Assembly: GCA_044070495.1 (NCBI GenBank)
Contig: JBIPSI010000002.1
Span: 201,945 to 265,944 of the forward strand
DNA: 64,000 nucleotides
From: Spirulina sp.
GTDB lineage: Bacteria; Cyanobacteriota; Cyanobacteriia; Phormidesmidales; Phormidesmidaceae
Direction of reading: 5' to 3'
Every line of letters begins with the position of its first letter. Position 1 is the first letter of the stretch. The notes beneath the pieces were generated by a model. That model was given only the letters and a program-made list of their open reading frames with translations. It ran no database searches and was not told the DNA's origin. A program made the position numbers and the translations under genes. Shown here in pieces: positions 49,759-59,415 of this stretch.

Positions 49759-50691
49759 ATGGCCAAGGCCGATCCCCACCGCGTCAAGCTGTCGCAGCTT
49801 CGCGCCCTCGTCACCATTGCCGATACGGGTTCCTTCAGCGAGGCCGCCTTGCAGATGGACTTGTCCCAATCCGCCGTCAGCCACGCCATTGCCACCCTAG
49901 AGGATGAACTGGGGGTAATTCTGCTCAGCCGCAGCCGCCAGGGGGCCGTCCTTACGTCTGTCGGTCAGCAGATTACCGAGGAAGCCCGCCACGTCCTGCA
50001 ATCCCTCCAAAACCTCTGTCATCAGGCTGATCTGGCCAAGGGGTTGCAAAGTGGCGAGGTGCGCCTAGCCGCCTTTCGCAGCGTGGCCACCCACATCTTG
50101 CCGGAGGTGATCCGCCAATTTCGAGAGCAGTATCCCCACATTCCCATCGCCATCGACGAAAAATCCCACTACGAAATGGTGGAAGATGCGGTGCGCCAGG
50201 GCCATGCCGATGTGGGATTCACCTACCTGCCCACCAAGGCGGATTTTGAAAGCTGGGAACTGCTGCGGGATCGCTACCTGGTGCTGCTGCCCCCCACGCC
50301 ATCCCCAGCCCCCACCGCCCTAAGCTGGAACGATTTAGCCGCCTATCCCCTGATTCTGCCCCCCAGCGACGACGGCGACCGTCAACACCTAGAGGGCCTG
50401 CTGCGCCGCCAGGGCCAAACCCTCAAACCCGCCTACTCCGTGCGAGAAGATTCCACCATTCTTGGTATGGTAGAACGCGGCCTCGGAGCCACCATCATGG
50501 CCCACCTCGCCGCCCAACCCATCCCGCCCCACCTGCAAGTGGCCGAATTGCCCATTCCCCTAGAACGCACCATCGGCGTGATTGTGCTAAAAGATGCCTT
50601 ATTGCCGCCCCCGGTCTACGCCTTTTTAGATCGGCTCAAAACCGTGTGGTCTATCAATGCCTCGGCGGAGATGGGCACTCCAGCCCCGTGA
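49759..50691 (+). CDS. LysR family transcriptional regulator
   Basis: GSFSEAALQMDLSQSAVSHAIATLEDELGV HTH plus substrate-binding domain. Confidence 0.95.
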   Translation: MAKADPHRVKLSQLRALVTIADTGSFSEAALQMDLSQSAVSHAIATLEDELGVILLSRSRQGAVLTSVGQQITEEARHVLQSLQNLCHQADLAKGLQSGEVRLAAFRSVATHILPEVIRQFREQYPHIPIAIDEKSHYEMVEDAVRQGHADVGFTYLPTKADFESWELLRDRYLVLLPPTPSPAPTALSWNDLAAYPLILPPSDDGDRQHLEGLLRRQGQTLKPAYSVREDSTILGMVERGLGATIMAHLAAQPIPPHLQVAELPIPLERTIGVIVLKDALLPPPVYAFLDRLKTVWSINASAEMGTPAP

Positions 50692-51003
50692 AATCTATTG
50701 CAAAAGGGCGGTCTAGGAATCCCACGCCATGGAAAACCGCAGCGTTGTTTTGAGTGCCATATCACGGCGGATTGGCATGACAAGTCTGCTTAGCTCGAAA
50801 AAAGCTATAGAAATTTGGCAGAATCTTAAGAAAATCACGTTTTCCGAACATTTCGATTGTCTCGATGGGTAGGGTTCTGCCACCATAGAGTGCAGCTTTG
50901 GTGTGAGTTGTGTACGGTTTCCGTTGGTGGGCTATCCAACCAACATCGTCACAAAGCCTTGTTTTCAGTCCCCTGTTCAGAATTCCTTGTGTTGGATAAA
51001 TCC

Positions 51004-52128
51004 ATGAAAGCCTTTCGTACAACCGCTTTTTTAACCGCCTCCGTCGCCTGGATGGGAGCTTCCTGTATGGTGCCCATCAGTTTGGATGAGCAAGATGCCC
51101 TCGTCGGCACCGTCTGGGAACTTCAGCAAATCCAGATGAACGACGGCACCCAGTTTGTGGCCGATCCGCCGCAAAACTATACCGTTGAGTTCTCGGAGGC
51201 GGGAGAAGTCTTTATTCAGGCCGACTGTAACCGCGCCGCCGGGGCCTTCACCCTAGAAGATGGCATGTTGTCCATCACCCTTGGCCCCACCACCACCGCC
51301 GCCTGCCCCGATGGCTCTATTGATACCCAATTTTTGAGCAGCCTGAGCAACGCCAACCTGGTCTTCTTCCAGGGCGACGACATGTTCATCGACCTCGCCT
51401 TCGACAGTGGCACCATGCAGTTCTCTCCCGCCGAAACCATGACCCTGACAGGCCGCGTCTGGGAACTCCAGGACATTCAGTTCAATGATGGCAAACTCCT
51501 CGTAGCCGAGCCGCCAGAGAACTACACTGTGGAATTTATGGACGATGGCTCCATGGCCGTACGGGCCGACTGTAACCGGGGCCGGGGCAGTTTCACCACC
51601 GAAACCGATGGCCGCATTACCATTGATCCCATTGCCACCACCCTAGCCGCCTGTCCCGAAGGCTCCCTGGGCAACGACTTTACCCAAGCCCTCAGCAGCG
51701 CTGCCATCTATTTCTTCCAAGATGATCAACTCTTTATTGATCTGAAATTTGGTAGCGGTACCATGCGCCTCAGTGAAGCAGCTACCCCATCACTGATGGG
51801 CACCGTCTGGAAACTTCAGCAAATTCAGTACAACGACGACACCCTGATCGTCCCCAGCACCCCCGACAACTACACCATCGAATTTATGGACGGGGGCAGC
51901 GTGGTGGTGCAAGCCGACTGCAACCAAGGCCGAGGGAGCTTTACCACCACCGATAACCGCCTCAGCATTGGCGAACTGGCCACCACCCGCATGGCCTGTC
52001 CTCCGGGTTCCTCCGATGCCGAGTTTCTGCGGGCCTTGGACAATGCCAGCAGCTTCTTCTTCCAGGATGGCCAACTGATTGTTGAACTGATGTACGACAG
52101 CGGCAGCATGGTGTTTTCTGCCCGCTAA
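51004..52128 (+). CDS. Lipoprotein with three tandem META (HslJ-like) domains
   Basis: lipobox-like GASC; 3x W.LQ.IQ.NDG..NYT.EF..ADCN..TT..ACP..SG.M. Confidence 0.85.
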   Translation: MKAFRTTAFLTASVAWMGASCMVPISLDEQDALVGTVWELQQIQMNDGTQFVADPPQNYTVEFSEAGEVFIQADCNRAAGAFTLEDGMLSITLGPTTTAACPDGSIDTQFLSSLSNANLVFFQGDDMFIDLAFDSGTMQFSPAETMTLTGRVWELQDIQFNDGKLLVAEPPENYTVEFMDDGSMAVRADCNRGRGSFTTETDGRITIDPIATTLAACPEGSLGNDFTQALSSAAIYFFQDDQLFIDLKFGSGTMRLSEAATPSLMGTVWKLQQIQYNDDTLIVPSTPDNYTIEFMDGGSVVVQADCNQGRGSFTTTDNRLSIGELATTRMACPPGSSDAEFLRALDNASSFFFQDGQLIVELMYDSGSMVFSAR

Positions 52129-52155
52129 GCACGGAGTTTAACTGCCCTTGCCTCC

Positions 52156-52193
52156 CAAAGCCCCTAGCGTTTTCCCAAGACCTAGGGGCTTTG
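52156..52193. terminator. Hairpin/terminator after the META gene
   Basis: CAAAGCCCCTAG ... CTAGGGGCTTTG inverted repeat. Confidence 0.6.
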
Positions 52194-52439
52194 GAGTATT
52201 GAAAATATAGCGGATTTCACTTGGGTGAAGTACATGGCGATCATCCCCCCTTGCCCCCTTTACAGAGTGAGGCTTATCGCTTACGCCCCTCACTGTCGGG
52301 GCCATCGGTCATTATGGAACGCCACTCAGGCCAAACCCACCATTTTCTTAGGTTGTTCTCAGCTTTGCACGGGGCTGAGGCCCGATGATGGGGCCATGGG
52401 CCGCCCTAGCTGCTCACCGCAATCCTCTTCCAGAGTGCC

Positions 52440-53177
52440 ATGATGAAACGATATACAGGGGTTTTCCCGAAAGGATCAAAACCGATGGTGTGGTTGGGTT
52501 TGAGTAGTATGGCGTGGATGTTGACGATGGCCCCAGCCTTGGCCCAAGGTGGCGGCGGCTTCAGCCCCCAGGATTGGCTGCTGAGTGCCCTAGGCTGGAT
52601 TGATGGCCTGGGGGTGGTGGGCGGATTAGCTTTTATCGCCATTTATATTGTGGCCACGGTTGCCTTTTTGCCCGGTTCGATTCTCACCCTAGGGGCTGGA
52701 GTCGTTTTTGGCGTGGGGCTGGGGTCGATCTACGTATTTGTGGGGGCCACCCTGGGGGCTATCGCTGCCTTTTTGGTGGGGCGCTACCTGGCCCGCGACT
52801 GGGTGAGCCGTAAAATTGAGGGCAACGCCAGCTTCAGCGCCATTGACCAAGCCGTGGCCGAGGAAGGCTTCAAAATTGTGTTGCTCACCCGCCTTTCTCC
52901 GGTGTTTCCTTTTAACCTGCTGAACTACGCCTTTGGCCTCACGGGGGTCTCCCTCAGAAACTACGCCCTCGGCTCGGTGGGGATGATTCCCGGCACCATT
53001 CTGTACGTCTACATTGGTTCCCTGGCGGGCGATCTGGCCCGTTTGGGCACCGAAAGCCCCAGTACTAATCCAGCGGCGCAGTGGGCGATTCGGATTATTG
53101 GTTTTGCTGCCACCGTGGCGGTAACGGTATATGTCACGCGGGTGGCCCGTCAGGCGTTGGATGCCAAGGTAAGTTAG
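52440..53177 (+). CDS. TVP38/TMEM64 (DedA superfamily) membrane protein
   Basis: FLPGSILTLGAG..FG, LTRLSPVFPFNLLNY, GMIPGT; start uncertain. Confidence 0.9.
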   Translation: MMKRYTGVFPKGSKPMVWLGLSSMAWMLTMAPALAQGGGGFSPQDWLLSALGWIDGLGVVGGLAFIAIYIVATVAFLPGSILTLGAGVVFGVGLGSIYVFVGATLGAIAAFLVGRYLARDWVSRKIEGNASFSAIDQAVAEEGFKIVLLTRLSPVFPFNLLNYAFGLTGVSLRNYALGSVGMIPGTILYVYIGSLAGDLARLGTESPSTNPAAQWAIRIIGFAATVAVTVYVTRVARQALDAKVS

Positions 53178-53275
53178 GGTATGGCCATGCTCACCCAAGC
53201 CACCATTCAGCAAATCGCCAGCCGTATGGGTAGGTGCTGACTATCAAACAAGGCCGCTGCCATGGAGTTAATGTT

Positions 53276-53578
53276 ATGAGCAAACCCCTCACGCTCTCCA
53301 TCTCCTTCGATTTGCTCCTGCAAATGATCGCTCAACTTGACCCTGATGACAGGCAACGCCTGCGAGCATTACTTGATGATGTCAATCCACCCGTTGACTT
53401 ACCAAGCCTGCCCTCACCTCCTGTTCCGAATTCGACCGCATTTCACCGGGCGATAGAAGCCGCTAGTCTCGTTAAATCGGTGCCCACCTCTATGGGGGGC
53501 ACACCTCAGAACAGTTTTCAGCCTATTTCTGTTCAAGGTGAAGCCGTCTCTAAAACTATTTTGGATGATCGTCGCTAG
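53276..53578 (+). CDS. Hypothetical protein, putative antitoxin preceding vapC remnant
   Basis: abuts the PIN gene; C-terminal PISVQGEAVSKTILDDRR resembles tails of vapC-linked antitoxins. Confidence 0.55.
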   Translation: MSKPLTLSISFDLLLQMIAQLDPDDRQRLRALLDDVNPPVDLPSLPSPPVPNSTAFHRAIEAASLVKSVPTSMGGTPQNSFQPISVQGEAVSKTILDDRR

Positions 53579-53844
53579 ATGACCGTTTATTTCCTCGACA
53601 GTAGCGCCTTGGTTAAGCGTTATATCCGTGAAAGGGGGTCAGTCTGGGTCTTAAGTCTGTTTTCATCGGAGGCAGGCCATGATTGTTTTATAGCCGCCAT
53701 CACAGGGGTTGAAATCATTGCTGCCATTACAAGACGTCCCGTAGCGGCAGCATGAAAGCTAACGATGCAGCCGTAGCTTGTGAACAACTCAAGCAAGACT
53801 TTCAATCAGCCTATCAAATCGTCGAGATTACCCCGGAGATCATT
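53579..53844 (+). pseudogene. vapC: VapC/PIN toxin pseudogene (frameshifted and 3'-truncated)
   Basis: MTVYFLDSSALVKRYIRE.GS..EIIAAITRR, frameshift near 53737, continues ..DFQSAYQIVEITPEII then breaks; later acidic PIN residues missing. Confidence 0.8.
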
Positions 53845-53996
53845 CTATCGCCCTCGCGCAGTTGGCGAATAATATCTATGGAACTCGGTTGGATGCCTGT
53901 AGTTTGTTCAACTTCAGCACTACGGGCAACAATGCGCTGGTGGGCCGCCCAGGCTTGTCGTTGCTTTACTTCGCGGGTGATGGCCTCAACGACCAA
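53814..53996 (-). pseudogene. Truncated antitoxin-like remnant
   Basis: LVVEAITREVKQRQA..IVAR..G.QPSSIDIIRQLREG resembles the C-terminal half of RHH-type antitoxins; no N-terminus. Confidence 0.45.
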
Positions 53997-54042
53997 CCAG
54001 GGCTGGAGTTCAGGGGCATAGCCATAGAAGTTGGATGTGAGG

Positions 54043-56262
54043 CTACTGCCGCAGGCTGGCCTTGAGATACACCAGCGACGATTGCCAGGAGATGGTTTGG
54101 CCTGTGAGTTGCCGCTGGCAGAGGGTTTGAATGGTGGCGAGATCTTTTTCGGACAGATGGGGGGCGAGTTGGTCGCGATAGCTGGGGGGATGGTGATTCA
54201 CCGTAAACCAACGCTGCAAGAGGGCTTCTGAGAGGTAGATCCCCGTGTGCAGCAGGTCGGTGGAGAGTTGCACCGTAAAGCCCGCCTGATGCAGGAGGGT
54301 TTCTAGGGTGTCGGCTTGCCAGTTAAAGCGGGGATCGCCGCTGGCTTGTAGGGCCTCTTCTTCGGCGTCTCGCCAGCGGTTGACCATGGCTTTGCTGAGG
54401 GACGAGGTATCCACCAGGGTAGAAATGCGCTGGCTGTGGCGGGGGATGGTTTCCACCAGCAGCAGCACACCGTCAGGGGCCAGCCGTTGCCGCAGGGTGT
54501 CTACAAAGCGCTCGCGGTTGACGGCTTGGCCAAAGGCGTTGCGGCCTACGATGCGTTCAAAGGCCAGATCGGGACTATGGGCCGCCAGGTAGGCCGAAAG
54601 GGCTTCGTAGTCGGCATGGACCAGGACGGGGCGGTGCAGTTCGGGCAGGGCGGCGGTTTGCTCGGTGAGGGCGGCATAGTCTTGGGCGTTGTGAACTCTA
54701 GCGTAGACCTGGCCTTCGGGCACGCGGCGCAGGGCTTCCCAGGTCAACAATCCCGTGCGGGCATGGAGGTCTAAAATTCGGTGATGACGCTGGGGTGGGG
54801 CGAGGTCAAACAGGCGATCTCGCACCTGGCCGAGTTGCGCTCCGGCTTGGCTGAGGGTGCGTTGCAGCCAGCGATCACGGGCCGGATCGTCGGGGCTGTA
54901 GGTGAGCACCTCCGGTAAGCCGCTGGCCCCATCTACCAAGGCCGCCAGTTGGGCCTCTCGCCGTTGGGCCACCTGGGTTTGCAGGGCCGCTTCATAGCCC
55001 TGGCTGGAGGGCTGATAGAACACCTGCCCCTGAAGACCGTTTGGCAAATACTGCTGCGCCACCCAATGATCGCGGTAGGCGTGGGGATAGAGGTAGCCCT
55101 GGCCGTGGCCGAGGTCGGCCTTGTCGCGGTTGGCATCCCGCAGGGGGTTGGGGACTGCCGCCTCGCGCTCCCGTTCCACCGTGGCCAATGCCTCAAAAAA
55201 GCCCATGGTGCTGTTCGATTTAGGGGCCGTCGCCAGATACAGCGTCGCCTGGGCCAGGGGATAGCGTCCCTCCGGCATCCCGATGCGGTCGAAGGCCTCG
55301 GCGCAACTGGTCACCACCGCCACCGCCTGGGGGTCGGCCAAACCCACATCTTCGCTGGACAGAATAATCAGCCGTCGCAGAATAAACCGAGGATCTTCCC
55401 CGGCATAGACCATCCGGGCCAGCCAGTAAAGGGCGGCATCGGGGTCGGAACCACGCACGCTTTTGATGAAGGCGCTGATGGTGTCAAAGTGAGCATCCCC
55501 TTCCTTGTCATAGAGCACCGCCCGCCGCTGGATGGATTCTTCGGCTACAGACAGGGGAATGGTAATGTTGCCCTCGTCATCGGGGGGAGTCGTTTCCACC
55601 GCCAGTTCCAGGGCATTCAGCAAGGCCCGCGCATCGCCATTGGCCACGTTCACTAGGTGTTCCATGGCCTCCGGTTCTAGGTGAATGGGCCGATTCCCGT
55701 AGCCCCGTTCTGGGTCGGTCAGGGCTTTGTGAACGACCTGCCGCAGTTCCTCCGGCCCCAGGGATTGCAGTTGGAAGAGGCGGGAACGGCTGACTAGGGC
55801 TTTGTTCACCTCAAAGTAGGGGTTTTCCGTGGTGGCCCCAATCAAAATCACCGTGCCGTTTTCCACCCAGGGCAGCAGCGCATCCTGCTGGGCCTTGTTG
55901 AACCGATGCACCTCATCCACAAACAAAATCGTGCGGCGACCATAGCGCCCCCGCAACTCCTGGGCCTGGGCGATGGCCTCCCGCAAGTCTTTTACCCCCG
56001 CCAGCACCGCATTGACCGCAATAAAGTGGGCGCTGGTGGTGTTGGCGATGATCTGGGCCAGGGTGGTTTTGCCCGTCCCCGGTGGGCCAAAGAAAATCAA
56101 CGACGAAAGCTGATCGGCCTGAATCGCCCGCCGCAACAACCGCCCCGGCCCCACTACCGCATCCTGACCGATGAACTCATCCAAGGTACGAGGCCGCATC
56201 CGCGCCGCCAGGGGGGCTTCCCGGTCAATTTGGGCTTGGCGATGGTGGTCAAACAGATCCAT
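54043..56262 (-). CDS. rarA: Replication-associated recombination protein A (MgsA) with C-terminal methyltransferase-like domain
   Basis: [51 protein letters not shown]-terminal ILDLHARTG. Confidence 0.92.
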   Translation of the reverse strand: MDLFDHHRQAQIDREAPLAARMRPRTLDEFIGQDAVVGPGRLLRRAIQADQLSSLIFFGPPGTGKTTLAQIIANTTSAHFIAVNAVLAGVKDLREAIAQAQELRGRYGRRTILFVDEVHRFNKAQQDALLPWVENGTVILIGATTENPYFEVNKALVSRSRLFQLQSLGPEELRQVVHKALTDPERGYGNRPIHLEPEAMEHLVNVANGDARALLNALELAVETTPPDDEGNITIPLSVAEESIQRRAVLYDKEGDAHFDTISAFIKSVRGSDPDAALYWLARMVYAGEDPRFILRRLIILSSEDVGLADPQAVAVVTSCAEAFDRIGMPEGRYPLAQATLYLATAPKSNSTMGFFEALATVEREREAAVPNPLRDANRDKADLGHGQGYLYPHAYRDHWVAQQYLPNGLQGQVFYQPSSQGYEAALQTQVAQRREAQLAALVDGASGLPEVLTYSPDDPARDRWLQRTLSQAGAQLGQVRDRLFDLAPPQRHHRILDLHARTGLLTWEALRRVPEGQVYARVHNAQDYAALTEQTAALPELHRPVLVHADYEALSAYLAAHSPDLAFERIVGRNAFGQAVNRERFVDTLRQRLAPDGVLLLVETIPRHSQRISTLVDTSSLSKAMVNRWRDAEEEALQASGDPRFNWQADTLETLLHQAGFTVQLSTDLLHTGIYLSEALLQRWFTVNHHPPSYRDQLAPHLSEKDLATIQTLCQRQLTGQTISWQSSLVYLKASLRQ

Positions 56263-56375
56263 AGTTAACCCGCCGCACGATACACAGGGCATTCCGGGCT
56301 GTCATGCTGCTGGAACACCTGTAAATACACTACCTTCGCGAGGCTTTCCACTCCCCGCGCCATGGGGATGATTCG

Positions 56376-58658
56376 CTAGGGCGACGATTGGGCGGGGCTG
56401 AGGTGGATTTGGCGCAGGTAGTCTTGACCTTCCTCGGTGAGCATCAGTTCGGCAAATTTGGGGCCAATGGGGGGCAGGCGGTTATCGCGACGGTAGACCA
56501 CCGCCACGGGGTAGGCCAGGGGATAGTCGGACTGGGTCAGCACCGCTGGGTCGATCTGGTAGACGCCCTTGGTGCGGCACAGATCGACCTCTGGGTGGAT
56601 GGGTTGGCCAGAGGCATTGCGTAGGGGTTGCACCGCCCGCCGCCGCGATGGCCCCAGGGCAAGGGGATAGACCGAGCACTGGCCACCAATGGAACTGAGG
56701 GGCGTGAGGCCAACGCTGCCGATGCCAGCGGTTTCAAAGTCGTTGATGATGCGGCGCAGCATGGGAATGGGGGGCAGGCCCACGGGGGCGGCAGTACTGG
56801 GACTGCTGGGGGCGTCTTCGGGAAAGATGAAGTGGTCAACGGCGGCCAGGGTAGTGGGGCTGGGGTTGACGTAGAGGGCTAGGGGTAGATTCAGTCCGGG
56901 CTGAATTTGGCCCCAAAATTGGGTTTCCCCCTGGTAGAGATCCTGTACCTGGGTGAGGGTGAGGATGCCGTTTAGGGTGTCGGGGAGGCCCTGGGTACGG
57001 CCTCGATAGCTGAAGGCCACCACCACCGCAAGGCCATCGTAGGCGATGGGCTGAGCCGCCAAATCGGGGGGCAGGGGCTGGATCAGGGGCACGATGGCAA
57101 AGGCGGCCTGACGGGTTTGTACCACCTCTAGAGCCGCTGCGATGGACGGGGTGGGACGATGGATCAACCCCAAGGTGGGCTGGGCCTGGGCCAACTGATC
57201 TGCCCAGGGCAGGGTAACGCCATCCTGGGGTTGCCAGCGCAGCAGATCTTCCCACACATCCCCTGCCAGGGATGTATAGACAAAATTGCCTTCGGGTACC
57301 GCCCCCACGGCATCGAAGCAGCAGGTTGGGGGCGCGGCCTGGGCTTCCAGGGGTCTTGGCTTTAGTCCTTTCAGGAGCAGGTAACTAGCCAAGGCCACCG
57401 ATCCTAGGGCTAGGAGGGTGGTTAGGGCCGTTTTCCAGCGAGAACGACGACGATCCACCACGCTGGGGGGGGCGAGTTGGTTAACCACGGGTTCCGGCGG
57501 CAGGTGCAGCAGGGCTTGGTAGGCGGCCTGGGCTTGGGTAAAGGGGGCCTCTAGGCCTAGCAGTTGGCGAATGAAGGTTTTGAGGGGAGGATGGACGGTA
57601 TCGGGCCAGTGCTGATCCCGCCTGGGGTTGAGGCGCTGACCCACATCATCGGTGGCGCGGCCCGCCAGCAGGTAGAAGGCCACCCGTCCGAGGGCCTGCA
57701 AATCCTCCTGGGGTGTGGGATGACGGGCCTCGATCACCAGGGGATCGATGGCATCCTCCCAGAGGGCAAAGTCCGTAAGATAGACAAAGCCCTCGCCCCC
57801 CTGATCCACCCACAGCAGGCTAGAAAGTTCGATGTTGCCGTGGACAATCCCCGTTTGCAACCGACCGGGGGACAGGGCGTAGCGCTGCTGGTGCAGCCCA
57901 GTTAAGGTTTGCAACACCTGCCGCAGCACCCGATACACCTCCGCCGAGGAAAAGGGTGGCCGCTGGGTCAAGAGTTCGTTGAGGGAGGGAGCCTGATCCT
58001 CCGCAGGCAGCACCAGGTAGGTGCGCGTTTCCCCTAGGGGGGCCAGGGCCTCCAGGGGGGCAATCACCCGCAAATCCTGATCTCGGCCATCGGCCAAGCT
58101 CACCCCCACCTGATTCAAAAACATATCCCGACGGTGCTGCTGATCCCGCTGGTTAAAGTAGCGCTCCGGCAGTAAGTATTCCCGTAGGGTGACCGGGGTT
58201 TCTTCGCCCAGCAGGATGGCCTGGTAGCTGCGGCTAATCCCTCGCTGGCCCAGGCAGACCCCCACCTGGTAGTTCCCCTCATCCCCCTGCACCACCACCC
58301 CAACGGGCAGGGTTGTCATAAAGCCACAGCGGGGGCATACCGTCGCCAGGGGATTGTCGGCTAAGGCTCGTGCCGCCAGGGCACAATTGAGGGTTGCCCC
58401 CACCTCACAGCGATACTGGGGGTAGTGGATGGGCCAAGGCAGCAGCCCCGGCGAAGACAGCAGCCCCGTATCCATCGGCTCCGGGTTCGGGGTCTCCTCC
58501 AGCAATTCTGGGGGCAACACCTCTGGCTTAATCTGTTCCAAAACAGGCTGAAGCCACCGCCAACGGGCCAGTTGCCGATAGCGCATCACCCGCAGGGGGC
58601 CAGGGTACCGCAGCAGATAACGACGAAGGACAGGCTGGATTAGCGACTGGTTCAGCAC
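56376..58658 (-). CDS. Cys-rich/pseudokinase/TM/PstS-like substrate-binding domain protein
   Basis: CPRCGF, degenerate kinase motifs (LGQRGISRSY, HGN, DFA), TM, IAYDGLAVVV and YPLAYPVAVVY..FAELMLTEEGQ PBP motifs. Confidence 0.75.
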   Translation of the reverse strand: MLNQSLIQPVLRRYLLRYPGPLRVMRYRQLARWRWLQPVLEQIKPEVLPPELLEETPNPEPMDTGLLSSPGLLPWPIHYPQYRCEVGATLNCALAARALADNPLATVCPRCGFMTTLPVGVVVQGDEGNYQVGVCLGQRGISRSYQAILLGEETPVTLREYLLPERYFNQRDQQHRRDMFLNQVGVSLADGRDQDLRVIAPLEALAPLGETRTYLVLPAEDQAPSLNELLTQRPPFSSAEVYRVLRQVLQTLTGLHQQRYALSPGRLQTGIVHGNIELSSLLWVDQGGEGFVYLTDFALWEDAIDPLVIEARHPTPQEDLQALGRVAFYLLAGRATDDVGQRLNPRRDQHWPDTVHPPLKTFIRQLLGLEAPFTQAQAAYQALLHLPPEPVVNQLAPPSVVDRRRSRWKTALTTLLALGSVALASYLLLKGLKPRPLEAQAAPPTCCFDAVGAVPEGNFVYTSLAGDVWEDLLRWQPQDGVTLPWADQLAQAQPTLGLIHRPTPSIAAALEVVQTRQAAFAIVPLIQPLPPDLAAQPIAYDGLAVVVAFSYRGRTQGLPDTLNGILTLTQVQDLYQGETQFWGQIQPGLNLPLALYVNPSPTTLAAVDHFIFPEDAPSSPSTAAPVGLPPIPMLRRIINDFETAGIGSVGLTPLSSIGGQCSVYPLALGPSRRRAVQPLRNASGQPIHPEVDLCRTKGVYQIDPAVLTQSDYPLAYPVAVVYRRDNRLPPIGPKFAELMLTEEGQDYLRQIHLSPAQSSP

Positions 58659-58976
58659 GGTTCAACAATCCCTAGGGCCTTTCCATCATAGACAGAAGCC
58701 CAAAGGGAACTCTGACCGATTTATTAAAACTTTGTTCGATTTCCCATGCCTCACAAAAAGACTCCTTATCATGCAACCATGAGCTATCAAAGACGGTAGG
58801 TTTGATCTAGGTTTTGCAGGTTGCCCCAACCTAAGGACATGTATTAAAACTTAACAAAACAACAGGTTTAGCTAAGTTCAGGCACCTCGTATTAACCTGA
58901 TTTTTAAGATGTGCTCAATGGGCAATTGTTCTACCGATTGTGGCTTCTCAATTCAGACTATCTTGAGGAAATATCC

Positions 58977-59186
58977 ATGTCTCAGGCTCAGGTTGTCCGT
59001 CTTTTTCGCGATTCCCAAACCGATCCTGCCCTGAAGGATCGTCTGAATGCCTGCATCAACCCAGAGCAATTTGTGCAGCTTGCCCAACACCACGGCTACG
59101 ACTTCACCCTAGAAGAATGGCAAGCCTCAACTCGGTTTTCCGTGGAAGAATTGAAGTGTGAATTATCGGAAATTCCGGGCATTTAG
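58977..59186 (+). CDS. Nif11-like leader peptide family protein
   Basis: MS..V..F.....DPALKDRL......FVQLAQHHGYDFTLEEW; GAGGA RBS. Confidence 0.82.
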   Translation: MSQAQVVRLFRDSQTDPALKDRLNACINPEQFVQLAQHHGYDFTLEEWQASTRFSVEELKCELSEIPGI

Positions 59187-59242
59187 ATCATTCTAAATAA
59201 TCCCTTGGACTGATTGACCTGGTTGTCTGACACCTCTACAAA

Positions 59243-59273
59243 GTAGGTTGGGTGCAGCGAAGCGTAACCCAAC
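59243..59273 (+). repeat. GTAG-type REP-like palindrome
   Basis: GTAGGTTGGGTGCAGCGAAGCGTAACCCAAC; 1 mismatch to the reverse complement of 62936-62966. Confidence 0.8.
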
Positions 59274-59415
59274 ACTCGCCGAAGATTGTGGGCTGATCCC
59301 AATACGGTAGGGGCGCGATTGCCGTGACTGCCACAGATCCTGTGTCAGTCAAAACAAACCCTCCAGAAGCGCTGGGTGCCTCTGGAGGGTTGTGGGTGTT
59401 TAGGCTTTGGAGCCT

